Positions 1 to 14,028 of a DNA stretch of 64,000 nt are shown here, one piece after another. The notes beneath the pieces are model-generated. The model was not told where the DNA came from and did not search any database. It worked only from the letters and a program-made list of their open reading frames with translations. The stretch covers positions 914,816-978,815 of the forward strand of contig MU004191.1 of the NCBI GenBank assembly GCA_010093605.1, read 5' to 3'. Every line of letters starts with the position of its first letter. Within the stretch, counting starts at the first letter, position 1. Source of the stretch: Lophium mytilinum (taxonomy: Eukaryota). The position numbers and the translations under genes are program-made.

Positions 1-611
1 AGAGGGCTCTTACCCATGATGATGACAGAGAGGGGCTTCATTTTGGTGGATTTTGGAGCGGGAAGGTCTGAATTGTGGACGTAGAGTTCCGGACTGCGGA
101 TGTGAAGGTCTGGATTCTGGCGTGTAAAGGTCTGAGTTGGGGCGAACGATACGAAGAAAGATGCACACGGAAGCTGTCGAGTAAGCGGTAGGAAGGAGCC
201 AATGGCCTGAGATGATTCGAAGAGCTGTGACGCTTGCCGCAACGGCCGGTTTGCGGGTCCTGAGAATGGCGATGAGGATCTCAAGCAGTGCTGGTCAAGT
301 GCACACAGTCCTAGGTAGAGAGAGTACCATGACGTGACGGAAGCGTCTAGGAAGAAACAATGCAAGCATCAAACAAGCAAGTAGAAAAAGCCCAAAAACG
401 TGCATTAAACCAAAATGAATGGTATATAAGAATCCGAGCCGCAAGCCAGCATTGGGTAAAAAACAGATAAACCACAGAGCGTACCCAGTTTAGTTCAAAG
501 CTAACTCAAGACAAGCATAAAGACATGAAGACCACAATCGCGTGCGCCAAATTTCCCTTTCTCGGGAGGATTAAGTGAAGACGTTGAAAGCACAAAAGAA
601 AACTATGATTG

Positions 612-3063
612 TCATAGATCGCCTCCTGCTTCTACGCCGTCGAGCCCAAAGTTGAAATCGCCTCCCAAAGGCCCAAAAGCACCAGTGTCTTCTGTATGAA
701 GGAATGAATCGAAGTCGAAATTTTCGAGGACATCAGGTCCATCGACTGCTGGGAAATCGAGGCCGTTAAACTATTCAGTATTAGTGCTGTCGTCAAATCT
801 CGTAATAAAGCGAATCATACCTCTTCGCCCAGGTTTCCGAACGGAGCCCCAGGATTGTCCATAGGAGGCTGTTGTACTTGAGGTGCAGGTGCCGCAACGG
901 ACTGTTGCGATTGCACGTTGCCCTGTTGCCCGTTCTTCTGGCTTGGGTTGAACGAGTTCGCATTCATTGGGGTAATGGGAGTCGAGGGCGTGGGCGTTGG
1001 GGCGGTATCTCCCTCTGTAGCGGGCGCGTTTGCTGCATTCCCCGTGTTCTTCTTTGTAGGCTTCTATAGCGCAAGTTGATTAACGGTGTACACGAGGACG
1101 AAAATGGGGGCGCGACTTACCTTCTTCGTTTCCTTGGTGTCCTTCTTCCTTGGGTTCGCCTTCGTGCCTTGGGAAGGCGTCGGAGGAGCTGGAGGTTGTG
1201 CTGGTGATGAGGGCTGTGTCCGCGCAGGCTCACCAGTCGGGGGCGCGGGCGGAGGTGGCATGGCGGAGTTCCTCTGTAGCGGTGTGCCCATTGGCCCTCC
1301 TGGCTGTTGACCTTGGTTTGGCATTAGCTGAGGGCCTTGTGGCCAATTTACCCCATTTGGAATCCGGCCACCGTTGCGTTGGATTGTCTCCATTTGCTGC
1401 GGGGTAAACTGCCCGTTGAATTGCGGGTGGGAGCTGGGTGGCCTCATCATAGCGTTGTTTGGCATTTGCTGATAATACTGTGGCGGCATTCCAGGCGGCA
1501 TCTGGCTAGGATCGAAACCATTGGGACCTGGGGAGTTCCGGTTCTGCTGCATGTCGGCAGCCATAGGAGAACCCGGGAGACCTTGCGGGCCCATCTTGGG
1601 CGTCTGTTTCCTCATTTGGTCGTTAGGATTTGGCGATGGTCCGGCTCGACTGCCTGAAGGCGACATGGATGGGGCAAATCCTTGGGCGTTGACGGGCGGT
1701 TGGCCATGAGGGCCTTGGGCCATGTTATCCTGCTCTTGGCGGGCCATCATTAGGCGCTTCTTGTTCTGCTGCTCTAGAAGCATGAGCTGCATCTGGTAGT
1801 CCTGGAGAGCGTGGTTCCCTTGTGGCTGGCCGGGAGCCCCGCCGGGCATTCGAGGTGTGCTGTTGAAGAGGTCTTGGGATCCCTCTAAGCCGCCCTGTCC
1901 CATAGGAGAGCCTTGCGGTATGCCGGGGTTCATTCCCTTCGCCATTGTATGGTTAAAGGCTGTTCTCTGTTGGTGGGCCAGACTCTGGGTATATACCTCT
2001 ATTGACTTCTGCTGCGCGTTCTGCGCCTGTGATGCAAACTCGAACTGACCAGACATGTCACCAGGATTCAGGCCATTCGTGGCCATCATCTGGTGAGCAT
2101 TCGCTGCGGTCGATGTAGCTCCCATGGGCTGTTGCCCCATCCCCTGACTCCGGGCTCCGCCCATGGGTTGGCCGTTGAAGGCATTCCCCTCAAGTCGCGG
2201 TCGCTTGTTTGGCGACGGCGCATTGTTGGCGGAGCCTGGCGACTGAGGACGCTGGCCCAAGTCCATTCCAGAGCCATCCCGCGACATTTGCGCAGACATG
2301 AGGGCTTGCTGGTTCTTCATGTTCTGCTGCATCTGCTGGAGTTGCTGCGGATTCCTATTGGTGAGAAGTATGTATCAGCCCACGTCAAGTCGCGTGACGC
2401 CAGCTAGATAGACGTACCGATTGTTCTGCATGGCCTTCCTCTGCAAATCGTTAGGGATTCCCATACCGTTGGGCATTTGCTGCATCATGTTCCGATATTG
2501 CATCGCCGGGGCCGTGAGCATTCGGTTCTGTTGATCGTTGCGCACCTGCGTTGCCGCCTAACCCAAGTCATCAGCAATCGCATCGCCGGAATCCACGCGA
2601 ATGTGCTGCTCCTTACCCTTGTGTGGTTTAGATAGTTGTGAGCGGACGGTGTGCCTCCACGCCCCCGCGCGGCGCCGAACAGCTCCCAAAACTGATACCA
2701 CCAGTCTAATAAAAATGAGTTGTCGGTCAATTGGTTCTCAGGCACGTCTGGTAGTTCCAGATCATCCGGCCGGCCTTGAAGGCCGTTCGCCTTCGAGTCT
2801 GTGTCTAGAGCATCCACGCCGTTCAAAGCCCGACCATTCGGGTTTCCCTTCTGGCCGGACTTCAGCTTGACTGGGGCCTCTTCCTTGAAAAGCCGTGCTG
2901 TCTGATAATGGCTGTTCTTAAGGAGGTATTCGTAGATGTAGGTGTTCAGCTGCTTATTAGCGTCGTCCATTGGCAGGTTGCGACGGTTGTTCATCGTTGG
3001 CGTACCGCCCACGGGACCGCCGGCGGTGTTCATACCGACCATGTTGACCTGTTGCTGATTCAT
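612..3063 (-). CDS. SOM1: LisH-domain transcriptional regulator, Som1/SomA/Flo8 type (multi-exon)
   Basis: ATG at 3063; N-terminal LisH-like LNTYIYEYLLKNSHYQTARLF plus FLLDWWYQFWELF; Q/P/M/G-rich body; HALQDYQMQLMLLEQQNKKRLMMARQEQD block; C-terminal DVLENFDFDSFLH read at about 697-735; stop at 612-614; several GT-AG introns. Confidence 0.85.
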
Positions 3064-4586
3064 GGCTCTTGCGTGCGGCCGCACGGGTAGAGGGCTGCAC
3101 GTCGACGAGGGCGCGGTGAAGCGTGCAGCAGAGAGCCTCGGCGGTCAAGCGCTCGACCACAAGGCGATTCCACGACGCGAGCGACGCTCAGAAGGTATGG
3201 GAGCAGGTTATAGGAGCATGGGATGCGTGGCGACCACGGAGTCGTGTTCGGAGCAGACGGAGGCGGCAGAGGCGGTCTGACTGAGCGTGCGATGGGGTCT
3301 GCGGACGTCGAGGCGTGGAGGACAGAGGAGCTAGACGGAAGCGCAAACGGGTCAGAATGGTGAATTGATGCGGGCGCGCGACGTTGGGTAGATGGGGTGA
3401 AGGCAGTAGGGCGGGTAGGGTCTTAGCGACGGGGTGGTGAGAGGGCGTGGGAAATACCGGGCTAGGGGCGTGCCAGCAGCGATCACGGGCAGACTCAGGG
3501 TGAGGGGCGATTTGGTGACGGCCACGCACAACCACGTATCGCGCGTCGATGAGGGTAGCGATGCGGGCGCGGGGCGATGGGCGCGATGAGGACGAGGACA
3601 ACGGGGAGAGCTGGACGGGTCTGGTAGGGGGAGAATGCTGAGGAGGAGGGGATGGGCGATGCTCTGCACTGGTGCCAAGCTGGAGGGCGGCCTCAATTAG
3701 GCCACATCACGTGTCGCGGGCGAAGCTGCCGTCCCACGCCTCTCGCGATGCAGCAGTGGTGTGGTGGTGTGGTGAGTCTAGTGATCTTGTTCGAAATATA
3801 TTCACTGAGCGAAGCCGTGTCTACACAAGGGTCTATGTGGGCGACGTTGATATGGACCGCATCACGTGCAGCTGTAGAGACTGCTCATACGATAGCAACA
3901 CTGCGTCTGCTGAGCGTGCCCGAGAGAGCCCCACGGAGTGAAGCTGTGTTTACCTTCAGGGCCTGTTATGGTTTACGTTCAGGGTCTACGTTGATCTACG
4001 TTCAGTGGGGCGCGCTGGTGTTTGGACCAAGGTAAGCAGCCATGCGAACCTTGGGACGAGAACCGTATTGAGGCTATTTACATGGGCGAGGTTTGATGTG
4101 TCAAGGCCCACCTGGTGCGACCTTCAAGGCGGTGGGAACGTCCAGCATCGCCTTGACGAGTTTGAACGTGAGCGCACGATTGTCCAGAGTTCTCGACGCT
4201 GTACTCCAGCTGAGTTGGCCATGCGTGACACCTCGGGCGAATCAGACAGACATGGCAAGCCGTTCAGCGTTCAGCATTCAGCGATCTACTCAACGGCTCT
4301 TTCGCCACAGTCCTAGAGCCGTCCGCAAAGCCTTTGAGGGTCCGTTGGAGCAGTCGCACACATTAGCATGGTGCTCACCAGAAATCATAGTCGTAGCAGA
4401 GGAGCGACGAGCTGCGCGGCCTGCGCTTGGGCTGTGTAGCTGTCGATGTAGAGTACCTATCTGGTGGCAGTCCTCACCATGGGAAATGCGCGCAGGACTG
4501 GAAATAGCAAACGCCCGACTCCGTTCCAATGCCAATTGCCACCCCGACCTATACGCCAGTGACGGGCAGAGCTCTTCTCCGCCTAT

Positions 4587-5398
4587 TTACTCGTCATCAG
4601 GGGGCATTTCGTCGTCGATGTACCTGATCAGTGATATCCTCATCTCGGTCGTGTCGTTGCCCCGCAGCACGTCGCTGATGAAGTGCGCTTCAACCTGCAT
4701 CTGGACCTGAAGACCACTAAGTCAGTATGAGACATCTCGGACAGCGTGACTGAATTGGTGAGTGAGGCAGAAGTGTCATATACCATTTCCAGAGCGCCTC
4801 GAAGCACTCCGCAAAGGATGTTCGAGTACCACAGCTCGTCCTGCGCCCTGCCGTCGTCTGGAAGCTCTACGAAATCTGCCAATGGGTTCTCCTCGAACAG
4901 CAGGGAGAACTGCTTGTTGTCGCTGGTCCAATTCGTGATTGTCGGTGTGATGTTCAGGAAGATCTTGAAGCCGACCTAAAGAGCAATGTATAAGATATTG
5001 CCCGCCTTGTAAAACGAACGGGTCGTACCTTAGAGATCATCTCGGCCACTTCGCGGAAGTTGGAGCACGTCGGCGCATTCGACTTTGCGAGGAAGTCCTC
5101 AATTAACCGCAGCCCAATATTGTAGCCCATCTTGTCTAGCTGTCGGTTGACCTCCAGGTAGTCGCTCTCGAAGTCCTTGCATAGCTGTGCTACAATAGTT
5201 CCGTATGTCAAAGTCACAAGCTCGGCGCTGACCTTGTCTATCCGGGTCCTTGAAGCTGTCAGAAAGCTGCAATGATCTAGGGCGGGGCTTGGAGCGACTA
5301 GCACTTACTTCCATACCCTGGGAATAATTAGCTTTGTTTGATGTTTCTATAGGAAAGGCTCACTCTTCGCCTAGACGAGCGGCTTTCGTTGAGGCCAT
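4587..5398 (-). CDS. BET3: TRAPP complex subunit Bet3 (multi-exon, includes 9-nt microexon 5309-5317)
   Basis: Spliced [40 protein letters not shown]...[19 protein letters not shown]...[18 protein letters not shown]...[10 protein letters not shown]. Confidence 0.95.
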
Positions 5399-5716
5399 GT
5401 TGACCCTTGTTCGAGTCGCGGGACTGGAGAGTGTACTGAATCAACTTCTGTGCGCGAACGAAGGACTAAATAACACGGTCCTTCACAGAGGGTGGAATGT
5501 GAATGTTCTTGTCGTTGGATTTACCTCGCATGCCAGTCTGAGGTGCCAGAATGTAAGGCGCGGCTAGTTCCGACGGCGCTAAGCGGCGCTAGTGAACTGA
5601 GGTGCCAGAAAAGTCAAGAACATCACAGCTCATGAACGCAGCTCATCACGACCTTTCTCCTCCACTACGTCCGCTCTGACCAGCGCGAGCCTCACCAAGT
5701 CATCCTAATTCTCAAC

Positions 5717-7240
5717 ATGTCCGCGGAAAAGCGTCCTGCTGCGCCATCGTTCGGTTCCAACCAGCTCGTCAAGCGCCAGAAATCCGATGCGAACCTGGGC
5801 GGCAGCGCAGTTGCAGTAGTAAATGGGTCCGCTCAAAATGGCGCTCTTATACAAGCGGTATGTTGCGTCGCAGACAGATCTCGCGCATCGCAAGCAGCGC
5901 TAAAACATTGGAAAGGAACGCCTTGGCTGATAGAGGTGGGATGTTTAGGTACCACGCACGAGTGCGCTTCAGGCGCCGATAATGGAGCTGAGCGGTACGA
6001 GTTCCCTTTCTGAATTTGGTCAAACACATCTCTGACAGCAGTATATCAGGCCATACGGGCGAGGTCTTCGCGACGCGATTCGACCCCACGGGCGAGCACA
6101 TAGCATCCGGCTCAATGGACCGATCAATCTGTCAGTTACCACCTCGGACCGCAAAGAAACCTGAGCTGATGCGAGACAGTACTATGGCGGACCTATGGAC
6201 AGTGTGAGAACTATGGAGTTCTTAACGGACACAGGGGAGCAGTCCTGGATCTCCAATGGTCCAGGGACTCGAATACGCTGTTCTCTGCTTCTGCAGACAT
6301 GACGCTGGCTAGCTGGGATCTCGAAACAGGTCAGAGAATTCGCCGGCATGAGGGGCACTCGGAGGTTATCAATTGCATGGATCTCAGCAAACGCGGAGAG
6401 GAACTGTTGGTCAGTGGGTCTGACGATGGGTACATTGGAGTAAGTGGCATTTTGATATGGTGTGAAGTATAGAGAGGGGAGTGTGCTGACTAGGACCAGA
6501 TATGGGACCCGCGACAAAAGCACGCGATCGAATATATCGAGACAGAGTTCCCCGTAACTGCAATTGCGCTCTCGGAAGCGGGAAACGAGCTGTTTTCTGG
6601 TGGCATCGACAATGATATCAAAGTTTGGGATCTTCGGAAGAAAGCGGTGGCGTACTCGCTCCTCGGACATACGGATACCGTCACATCACTGCAGATAGCG
6701 CCAGATTCGCAGTCGCTGCTGTCGCATTCGCACGACTCTACAGTCCGAACTTGGGATATCCGGCCATTCGCAGCTACCAACCGGCATGTACATACCTATG
6801 ACGGCGCTCACGTCGGCATGGAGAAGAATCTCCTCAAAGCCAGCTGGGACTCGAAGGGCGAGAAGATTGCTGCGGCCAGCGGAGATCAGAGCGTGATTGT
6901 TTGGGATGCTCGCACCGGAAAGCTGTTGTACAAGCTTCCAGGGCATCGTGGATGCGTGAACGATGTGCGGTTCTCACCCCGGGATGAGCCAATTAGTAAG
7001 TATATATTCTTGTTTTCATTTGGTCGTCCCTTGCACTTTCCCAGGTCCCAGGCACTCCGGTGGAGATGGTTGATTCGAGAGCTTGTCGGGGAAGGCCCAA
7101 GTGCCATTATCCAGCCAACACGTCTTGATCTGCGGGGAGGGTTTCAGCAGGTGAGTCTTGTTTGAATATAGCTGACACTCGGCATAGTCGTTTCTGGGTC
7201 GTCGGACCGCACGGTAATGTTGGGGGAGTTGGGCAAGTGA
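5717..7240 (+). CDS. SNRNP40: U5 snRNP 40 kDa WD40 protein (SNRNP40/Cwf17/Spf38-like), multi-exon
   Basis: VPRTSALQAPIMELSGHTGEVFATRFDPTGEHIASGSMDRSI; repeated GH...WD units; TVRTWDIRPFA; EKNLLKASWD; KLPGHRGCVNDVRFSPRDEPI; ends LGELGK* at 7238-7240. Confidence 0.9.
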
Positions 7241-8506
7241 GCGGCAGCTATGCCCGAGTGGCTTGATATCGCACGAGAGGATTAGGATGACTACACCGAG
7301 GCCTCGTCCGGCAGCTGGCTGACGCCGCTGGTGTCACAGGAGGCGGACCTTACATGCTGGACACATCGGTGAGACGCATCGCCACCAGGGACAGCGGGAG
7401 AGGGCAGCAGTGGAAAAGCACGCGTGCACGACGCGTCGAGCACCTTGGATATATATATTTATGTGCGACCACAAGCGGCGCCAAATGATAGCAAATGCGA
7501 AATCGGTGCATTTGCGCCCGTGGACCCCGTCCAAGCTCGAGTTGCAGAGCGCCTCCGTGCTGTGTTGGGTGTTGGTGTGAAGGGGCAATGATTGGTGGAC
7601 ACACGCCGTAGCAAATGCACGCCGAGCAACACCTCGATTTATTCTACCTGTAGCATTTCAGCACACTGCCTGTTTCATCAACCCCCTGCGGCCAACCACG
7701 ACGCCCATACTGCTGCATTATGGCCGCCGCACGTGAGGCGGTAGGGTCGGCAGCCTCGCTGGAAGGAGACCTGCGGGAAGGGCTGAACCCCGACGCGTTT
7801 CAGGAGCTCTTTTGGACGACTTGACACCGCGCTTGTAGCAGAAACGTGCTGGCCTCAATGCGCTGCTATCTCGACCTCCAGTGGTCGCGTCCTTGCAGGC
7901 AATCGTGCGACTTGCTCCCTTCTCCTGCACTCCATGTACTCTTTCCTTAAGTCCTCACTATTGGCAGCTGCTGTTCAACGCAGTTTCGCCTTTCTTGAAC
8001 CCTCTTCTTTCGTTTGGTGTTGAGCTTTGAGCTACCGTTCTCTCCCCTCTCTTCTATTCTCCGGCCTTCAGCGTGTGCTTGAAGCTTGACTGCAGCTGTG
8101 CCGCCCATAGGTCTGCTCTCCCGCGCCGGTCACTTCTTCGAGGCCGCTCTGAGTGCCGGTAGTTGCTCGAGACCAACCGATTGACCTCCAGCATGCTCAA
8201 CTAGCTGCGAATGACATTGGACGGGCTCCAGTCATTCTTCTTCCGTGAAGCTGTTCCTTACATCCTCGCTGTCACTACCGGGTACAACCGCCCCTAGTCT
8301 GTCAAAACAACCGCATGGCCAGCAGTCCCAGTCAATCATTCGCTGTTAGCTCTACCCAGTCCGTCGACATCAACAATACGTCTCTAGGCTGGCTACCCGA
8401 GTACTCGATATAAGAACCTTGTTTCACGCTCACACTTCTGATTCTTGAGCTTCTTCTCCCGGATCATAAATCAGGATAGCCATTTGGAGCATCGCGCCTC
8501 ACAAAA

Positions 8507-9878
8507 ATGCCTCTTCCCTATTTCCACAGGCCCTCTCCGAGGCTGGACGATTCGCCCGCGCCTTCATCGATATCTCGATTCTCCGTTATGCACAACAACG
8601 TTCGCTCGATGCTCAATGGTAGCTCTGTTTACTCGGATTCGCCTCTCCCATCAAACAACAACACACCCAAGCTCCCATTGCTAGGCTTTCTCCGCCGGCC
8701 ACATAGCCCTCCTCCTCTGCCTCTCGCGAACTCTGAGTTTCGACGCGACTCCACCTACTCACAGTCTCCTCTACGGCCCCAGCACACCGCAGGCTCATAC
8801 ATACGTGCAATTAGCTCGGATAATGTCGCTAGAGGACCTGTCGCGCCGCAAATGGTGCATACACGGAACGAGTCGCATAGCTCATATGACAGTATCGACC
8901 CCGAGACGGAGCATATCGCAGAGATCGTGAACCACAACCGGCGACGGAGGAGGCGTAGGAGGAGGACGAGGGCGACACCAGAGCGTAACGCGTGGATACG
9001 CAAGCGTGCCGAGCGTGGTGTCTGCTTCTCATACGTGAAGAGTCCTGCGGCGCGAACGAAGTGTACGGCATTGTTGATATCGGGACTATTCCTCATCGTG
9101 GTGTTGACTACATGTGAGTATTTCATTATTTTCGCGTCGGAATACCTGGACCAGTCAGCTGACTTGCAATGCGCAGACCTCTCCGTCGCTCTCACACGAC
9201 CACACCTCGGCCAGGAAGTCCATGTCCTGTTCATCATGGTTATTCTCTGCACCACAATTTTCTTCTGCCATTCGCTCATTCGACTTTGCATGCTTGCGCT
9301 GCGCCCAGAATCAGACCTTCCACACATCCCCAGCATGACCGGTCCCGACGGGTTCAAGCCAATCCGGCCAATCCGCGTGCATCTAGCCCGGGACGAAGAG
9401 ATCGGAGTTAGCCATGAAGCAGCCGAGGTCGAGGCGGAGCCAGAGAAGGAAAAGGTCCAGATGCCGCCGCCTGCGTACGGGCTGTGGAGATCCAGCGTGG
9501 TAAGTTTCCTCGTCTTCTACAAAAAGACCCTCCAGACTAACCCTTCCCCAGCGCGTCGACCCCAATCTCCTCCACTGGCAGCGCGCCGACGCCGCCGAAG
9601 CCAGCGGCGCTCTCCCACCAACCCGTCCGCCTTCTGTCTTCCCAGGCTTCTCGTCCCACCCAACCTCCCGCTCCGGCTCTCTCTCCAACATCCACCAGCA
9701 GGCGCCTCCGCCAGCGGAGCATGCTGATGAGCCCGCGAGGCGGGATCCGCGGCCGCCATCTTACGTCTCCGACGACGGCGTCACCTACGTCGTTGCTGCG
9801 GTCCCGCGGAGCGTGGCGCCGAGCGTGTCGGGGATGAGCGATGTGCATCCGGCGTGGCGGCCGGGGTTTGCGGTGTAG
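8507..9878 (+). CDS. Uncharacterised fungal membrane protein with two hydrophobic segments
   Basis: Long ORF from 8507; Arg-rich patch; hydrophobic ALLISGLFLIVVLTT and VHVLFIMVILCTTIFFCHSLIRL; PPPAYGLWRSSV and RPPSYVSDDGV motifs; introns near 9114-9177 and from 9500; stop TAG 9876-9878. Confidence 0.75.
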
Positions 9879-10979
9879 TGTAGTGTAGTTTAGTGTGTTG
9901 TGGGTGTTTGTTCTTGTTCCTAATACTCTCTTTCCTATGCATCAGCTCCTCCGTATGGGTCTACCTATGGTATCTCCTATACGGCGTCTTGGGTCCAGGT
10001 CTGGCGTTGCGTTGATTGGAGGGGTGGTGTTGTGTGAGTAGTGGTGTATTGTACCTACGTAGCTGTTGGACGAAGTTGGAGAGAGGAGGGGAGATGAGAG
10101 TGGGGAGGAGAAGAGTCTACCCTAGAGGTTAGAAGACATTGATACCTTTTATTTTGTAAATTTTCTGTATTTGTTTTTTTGTGGTGACAGTGGTGGTGAT
10201 CAAGATCATATGTCGTAGCAGGTTCTATCTCTTGAGAAGAGGTAGATGGCTTGGTGGTATGTGCTGTCCCTTTCTAACAACATTGAAGCGAGTAACCGGC
10301 TAACATTGGTCATGGTAAACGTACGGTACTAGGTCATAAATTTAAGTACATCGATACTCTCACACTTGATTTCTATTTCTGAAAGCTGGGCGTCATTGTC
10401 AGGAGTCACCCAGGTCCCACTGCCAGGAAGCCTGTCAGTCAAGAGGCAGCTTGAAATTCACTATACAAAACTTAACATTGCCCTTGCCTTTCTAAATCCC
10501 TAAGGGAGTGCCGTACCTTAAGCCTAGGTGAACGATGATGCATCGAATTGGTAGCCAGCGGCCATGAAACACTCTGTCATTGAACAGCGTACACACAAAG
10601 TCTAGAGTAGTGGTTTGCAAGCTCATTCCACCGTAAACTTCCCAGACACTGTCCGAGGTGCCTTAGAGCTAATGAGGTCGAAAACGAGTGCCTTCAATTT
10701 TCTAGAACCGCATCGCGGGACTTCTCGGGGTAGCAGAAAAGTTCTTACAGCTCTGGGCCAGGTGAAGTAATATCGAATTAGCAGCCGAAGGTGAAGAGCT
10801 CTCCTCACTTCATTCACCCAGACGGTGGCCTGGTTCTTGGCGCACGCTCTGATTCGCTGCATCTAAGAGGAGTGGTACCAACTTCAACCGCGGTTACTCG
10901 ACTCCACCTGTCTTCTTCGTCCAATTTAGCTTCATCTTCACCGCGCATCCCGAAAGGAGCACAGCCTCTAGCAGCGATT

Positions 10980-11863
10980 ATGGCGACGCCAACACCAGCG
11001 ACTTCAGCGATGTCAGCGACACCAGCGACACCAGCGACAACAAAAGATGAGTTCGTGATGCCAGTTCTTGTTCCGTGCTCCCACCCAACACCATGGCCTC
11101 CAGAGTAAGTCGAATTCCAGCCTTGAAATGGTTCGTAAATGTTAGCTGATCTAACATCTTTAGCAGCTGTTTCGACGACATAGTCTCCGTTATCGTTGGC
11201 GAAGAGAAGAAGGCCTTTCGCGTCCACAAAGGTGTTCTCACCTACCATTCCGCTTTCTTTGCCGCAGCCTTAGATGGCAAATTCAAAGAAGGCGTGACTC
11301 AGATCGTAGAACTGCCCGAGGACGAAGTTTCCGTCTTTCAAGTAGTGTACTGTTGGCTTTACACTGGACGGCTCTACAACCCACCAGAACACCCACCATC
11401 TTCATCACCTTCAACCGCCGCTGAACACTTCGCGGGTGCAGAGCAGGTTCCGCTTTTCGAGACGCTTATCTGCAAGGTCTTCGTCTTTGCAGACATGAAG
11501 ATCATTCCAGAGCTCAAGAACAAAGCAGTCGACGTACTACATCTAGTTACCTGTACCAACTGGACTTTTCTGAATCACCAAGCCCACTACATCTACAGTA
11601 ACACAATAGATGGTTCCCCCCTAAGAAAAGTCATCACGGACTTTGCAGCGAAGAGTCTCGGTTGCGAGAGCTTCATAAAATTCAGCAGAGGCGGTGCCCT
11701 CTACCCGACTGCCTTCTGCCTTGATGTAATAGCGGCGATACATAGCCAAGGTGGAAAGTGGGATCATATTGGTCGAGAGGGCTGGGCAAAAATTGACCGA
11801 TGCCTTTACCATGATCACTCAGGACCTGGTGGGAAGCTGAGAAGATCACATACGACTGCTTGA
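10980..11863 (+). CDS. BTB/POZ-domain protein, array copy A
   Basis: ATG 10980; phase-2 intron 11105-11163 (tandem TAGCAG acceptor); DIVSVIVGEEKKAFRVHKGVLTYHSAFFAAALDGKFKEG..VELPEDEVSVFQVVYCWLYTG is a fungal BTB signature. Confidence 0.9.
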
Positions 11864-12652
11864 ACGCCAGAGATACTCCTAAAGTCTCCGTGTCTGGCAG
11901 TTTCTTCCTACGATGCTTCAGGGATACTACGCATGACACGAGACTATTGACAATGACGGATGTGGGTTGGTGCAACTCTCTCCTTTCCATAGTCTGGAGG
12001 CTGTCCGAGGGCGATATATACAAGCTTGAAATAAAGAGTGAAGCATATCGGGCGGGGCGTTCTCTGCTTTCATTATCGATGACAAATTAAACTTTGCCAG
12101 GTAAAAGGCATTGATCGATGAATATCAGGGATGTCTAGGTTTGAGTTGTCTATATGCAACTCTATAGAACTAGAGAGAGTCCCTTCCACCTCACTCCTAT
12201 CGGAGAGAGCTGGCCTACATAGTAAGCGTGTTTCTCATCGTGCCGTGATATGTTCCACTCGACGGCTCTCTTGGCCAACCTTTTTCCCGGTAATCCCAGA
12301 TAGCAGCTCCGAGACGATAGCTTGCGACGAAATTCTTAGGTAGTGACTTTATTTCATCTCATTCTCCCAAGGACTGTCTGGTGGAAGCCCTTGGTCTTGA
12401 CGCCTTCGACTGCTAAATAAAATGCTTGCCCCTAATACTTTTAGCTGGAGTTTCAAAAGCTGTCCGTAGCCGCTGCCCTGGACCACCATAAGCGATAGAA
12501 TTCTAAGGTGATTGGCTAAGTATGCGAGCACGTCCCCACCCTGCATGGTGGCTTCTGAACGTCGTTCAGCCTCTCCATTTCCTCTCCGTTTTGTCCTTCC
12601 TTCTATCCGCACTCTCGCCTTGAGTAATGAGACCGAGTCTCTATCCGGCCCG

Positions 12653-13463
12653 ATGGCGACATCTCCCCCAGAGAAACCGGCGTATGTGATGCCCCATTTG
12701 AAAAGCTGCGATCATCCAACCCCGTCAGCACCGATGTTAGTATAGACCCGACCGTCACACTAGCGGTATGATTGGCTGACTCGACCTCAGTTCCACCTGG
12801 GGCAGTGTCATATCTGTCATCGTCGGCGAAGAAAAGAAGGTCTACCAGGTACACAAAGGCCTGCTACTCTACCACTCGTCCTACTTCGTTGGCGCCCTCG
12901 AAGGAGGATTTAAAGAAAGCGAAACCGAAGTTGTGGAGCTCTTTACAGATGAAGTGGTCGTATTCGATGCCGTGTACTGCTGGCTCTACAAAGGGCACTT
13001 ATTCGATTCGCCATCCGCCGGGAAACCTACAGATGTGTCACTCCTATACGACCTGCTCTGCAAGATCTTTGTCTTCGGGGACATGAGAGGCATCCCCGCC
13101 CTTAAGAATGCAGCAATCGACCTACTGCACTCGTCGATTTGTATAAAATGGAAATTCCCCAAGACTCAGGTTCGCTTCATCTACGAGAATACGATGGAAG
13201 GGTCCCTCTTGAGGAAGTTTATTGTGGATATGGCAGTCTTGATTGCTTCTTGTGAGACATTTCTATCGTTTGATAAAGATGGCACCAATTTTACGACTGA
13301 GTTTCTTATGGATGTTATTAAGGCGTTGAATGATCAGGGTGGAAAGTGGCTTGTGATTGGACGGGATGCCTTTGCGGTGATTGACAGGTGCCAGTATCAT
13401 GATCATTCTGGTCCTGGAGGGAAGCTGAGAAATGTAGGGACAAGTGGAGAGGATTCGGGCTGA
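12653..13463 (+). CDS. BTB/POZ-domain protein, array copy B
   Basis: ATG 12653; phase-2 intron 12736-12790; VISVIVGEEKKVYQVHKGLLLYHSSYFVGALEGGFKE...WLYKG. Confidence 0.9.
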
Positions 13464-14028
13464 TTCAATCACTTCTGGGATCTGGGGTGCTTGCATAGGC
13501 TTCTAAATCCTTCAGGTTCTAAGCTTCTCCTCTTCATAGCAGGCAAGGTGACTAATAAATCCTCAGGGATGCATGAAGAAAACTATGTGAAGGGCATACT
13601 CCACTGTGTGTGTTGAGAATCCAAAGGAGGTCATAGAGTGACGTGGTCTATAAAGGTATTTTAACGATGTTCAATATTGCTGAGAGGTACCGCATCTTGC
13701 CAGGCTATTCAACTGCTTGGAGCACCCTGAAATGACTTCAGCTCGAAGTCGAACTGTCGACATATTTTGAACGCTGCATGTGCTGCTTCGAGCTCTTCTT
13801 AGACTCCGAGCTAGACGAAGTCAGTGGATTTGAACATTCGTAAACTGTTCTGGCCACCCCAGAGAGAATTATCTAGTGAGTACAAGCTCATACTGTCGCT
13901 TCACCTCAGTTCAACCACGTGCGCTTACCTAATCCTACTCCACCTGCTCAAACTTAACATCATCGTCTCGCTCATCCTCATCGTCTCACCACGTTCCTTC
14001 ACCGGCTTAGGTGGTCTACACCGCCACC

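Noticed and set aside
3188..4710. Several 80-205-aa ORFs between SOM1 and BET3
   Set aside because: No recognisable motifs or splice structure; likely promoter/UTR sequence, and one overlaps BET3 antisense
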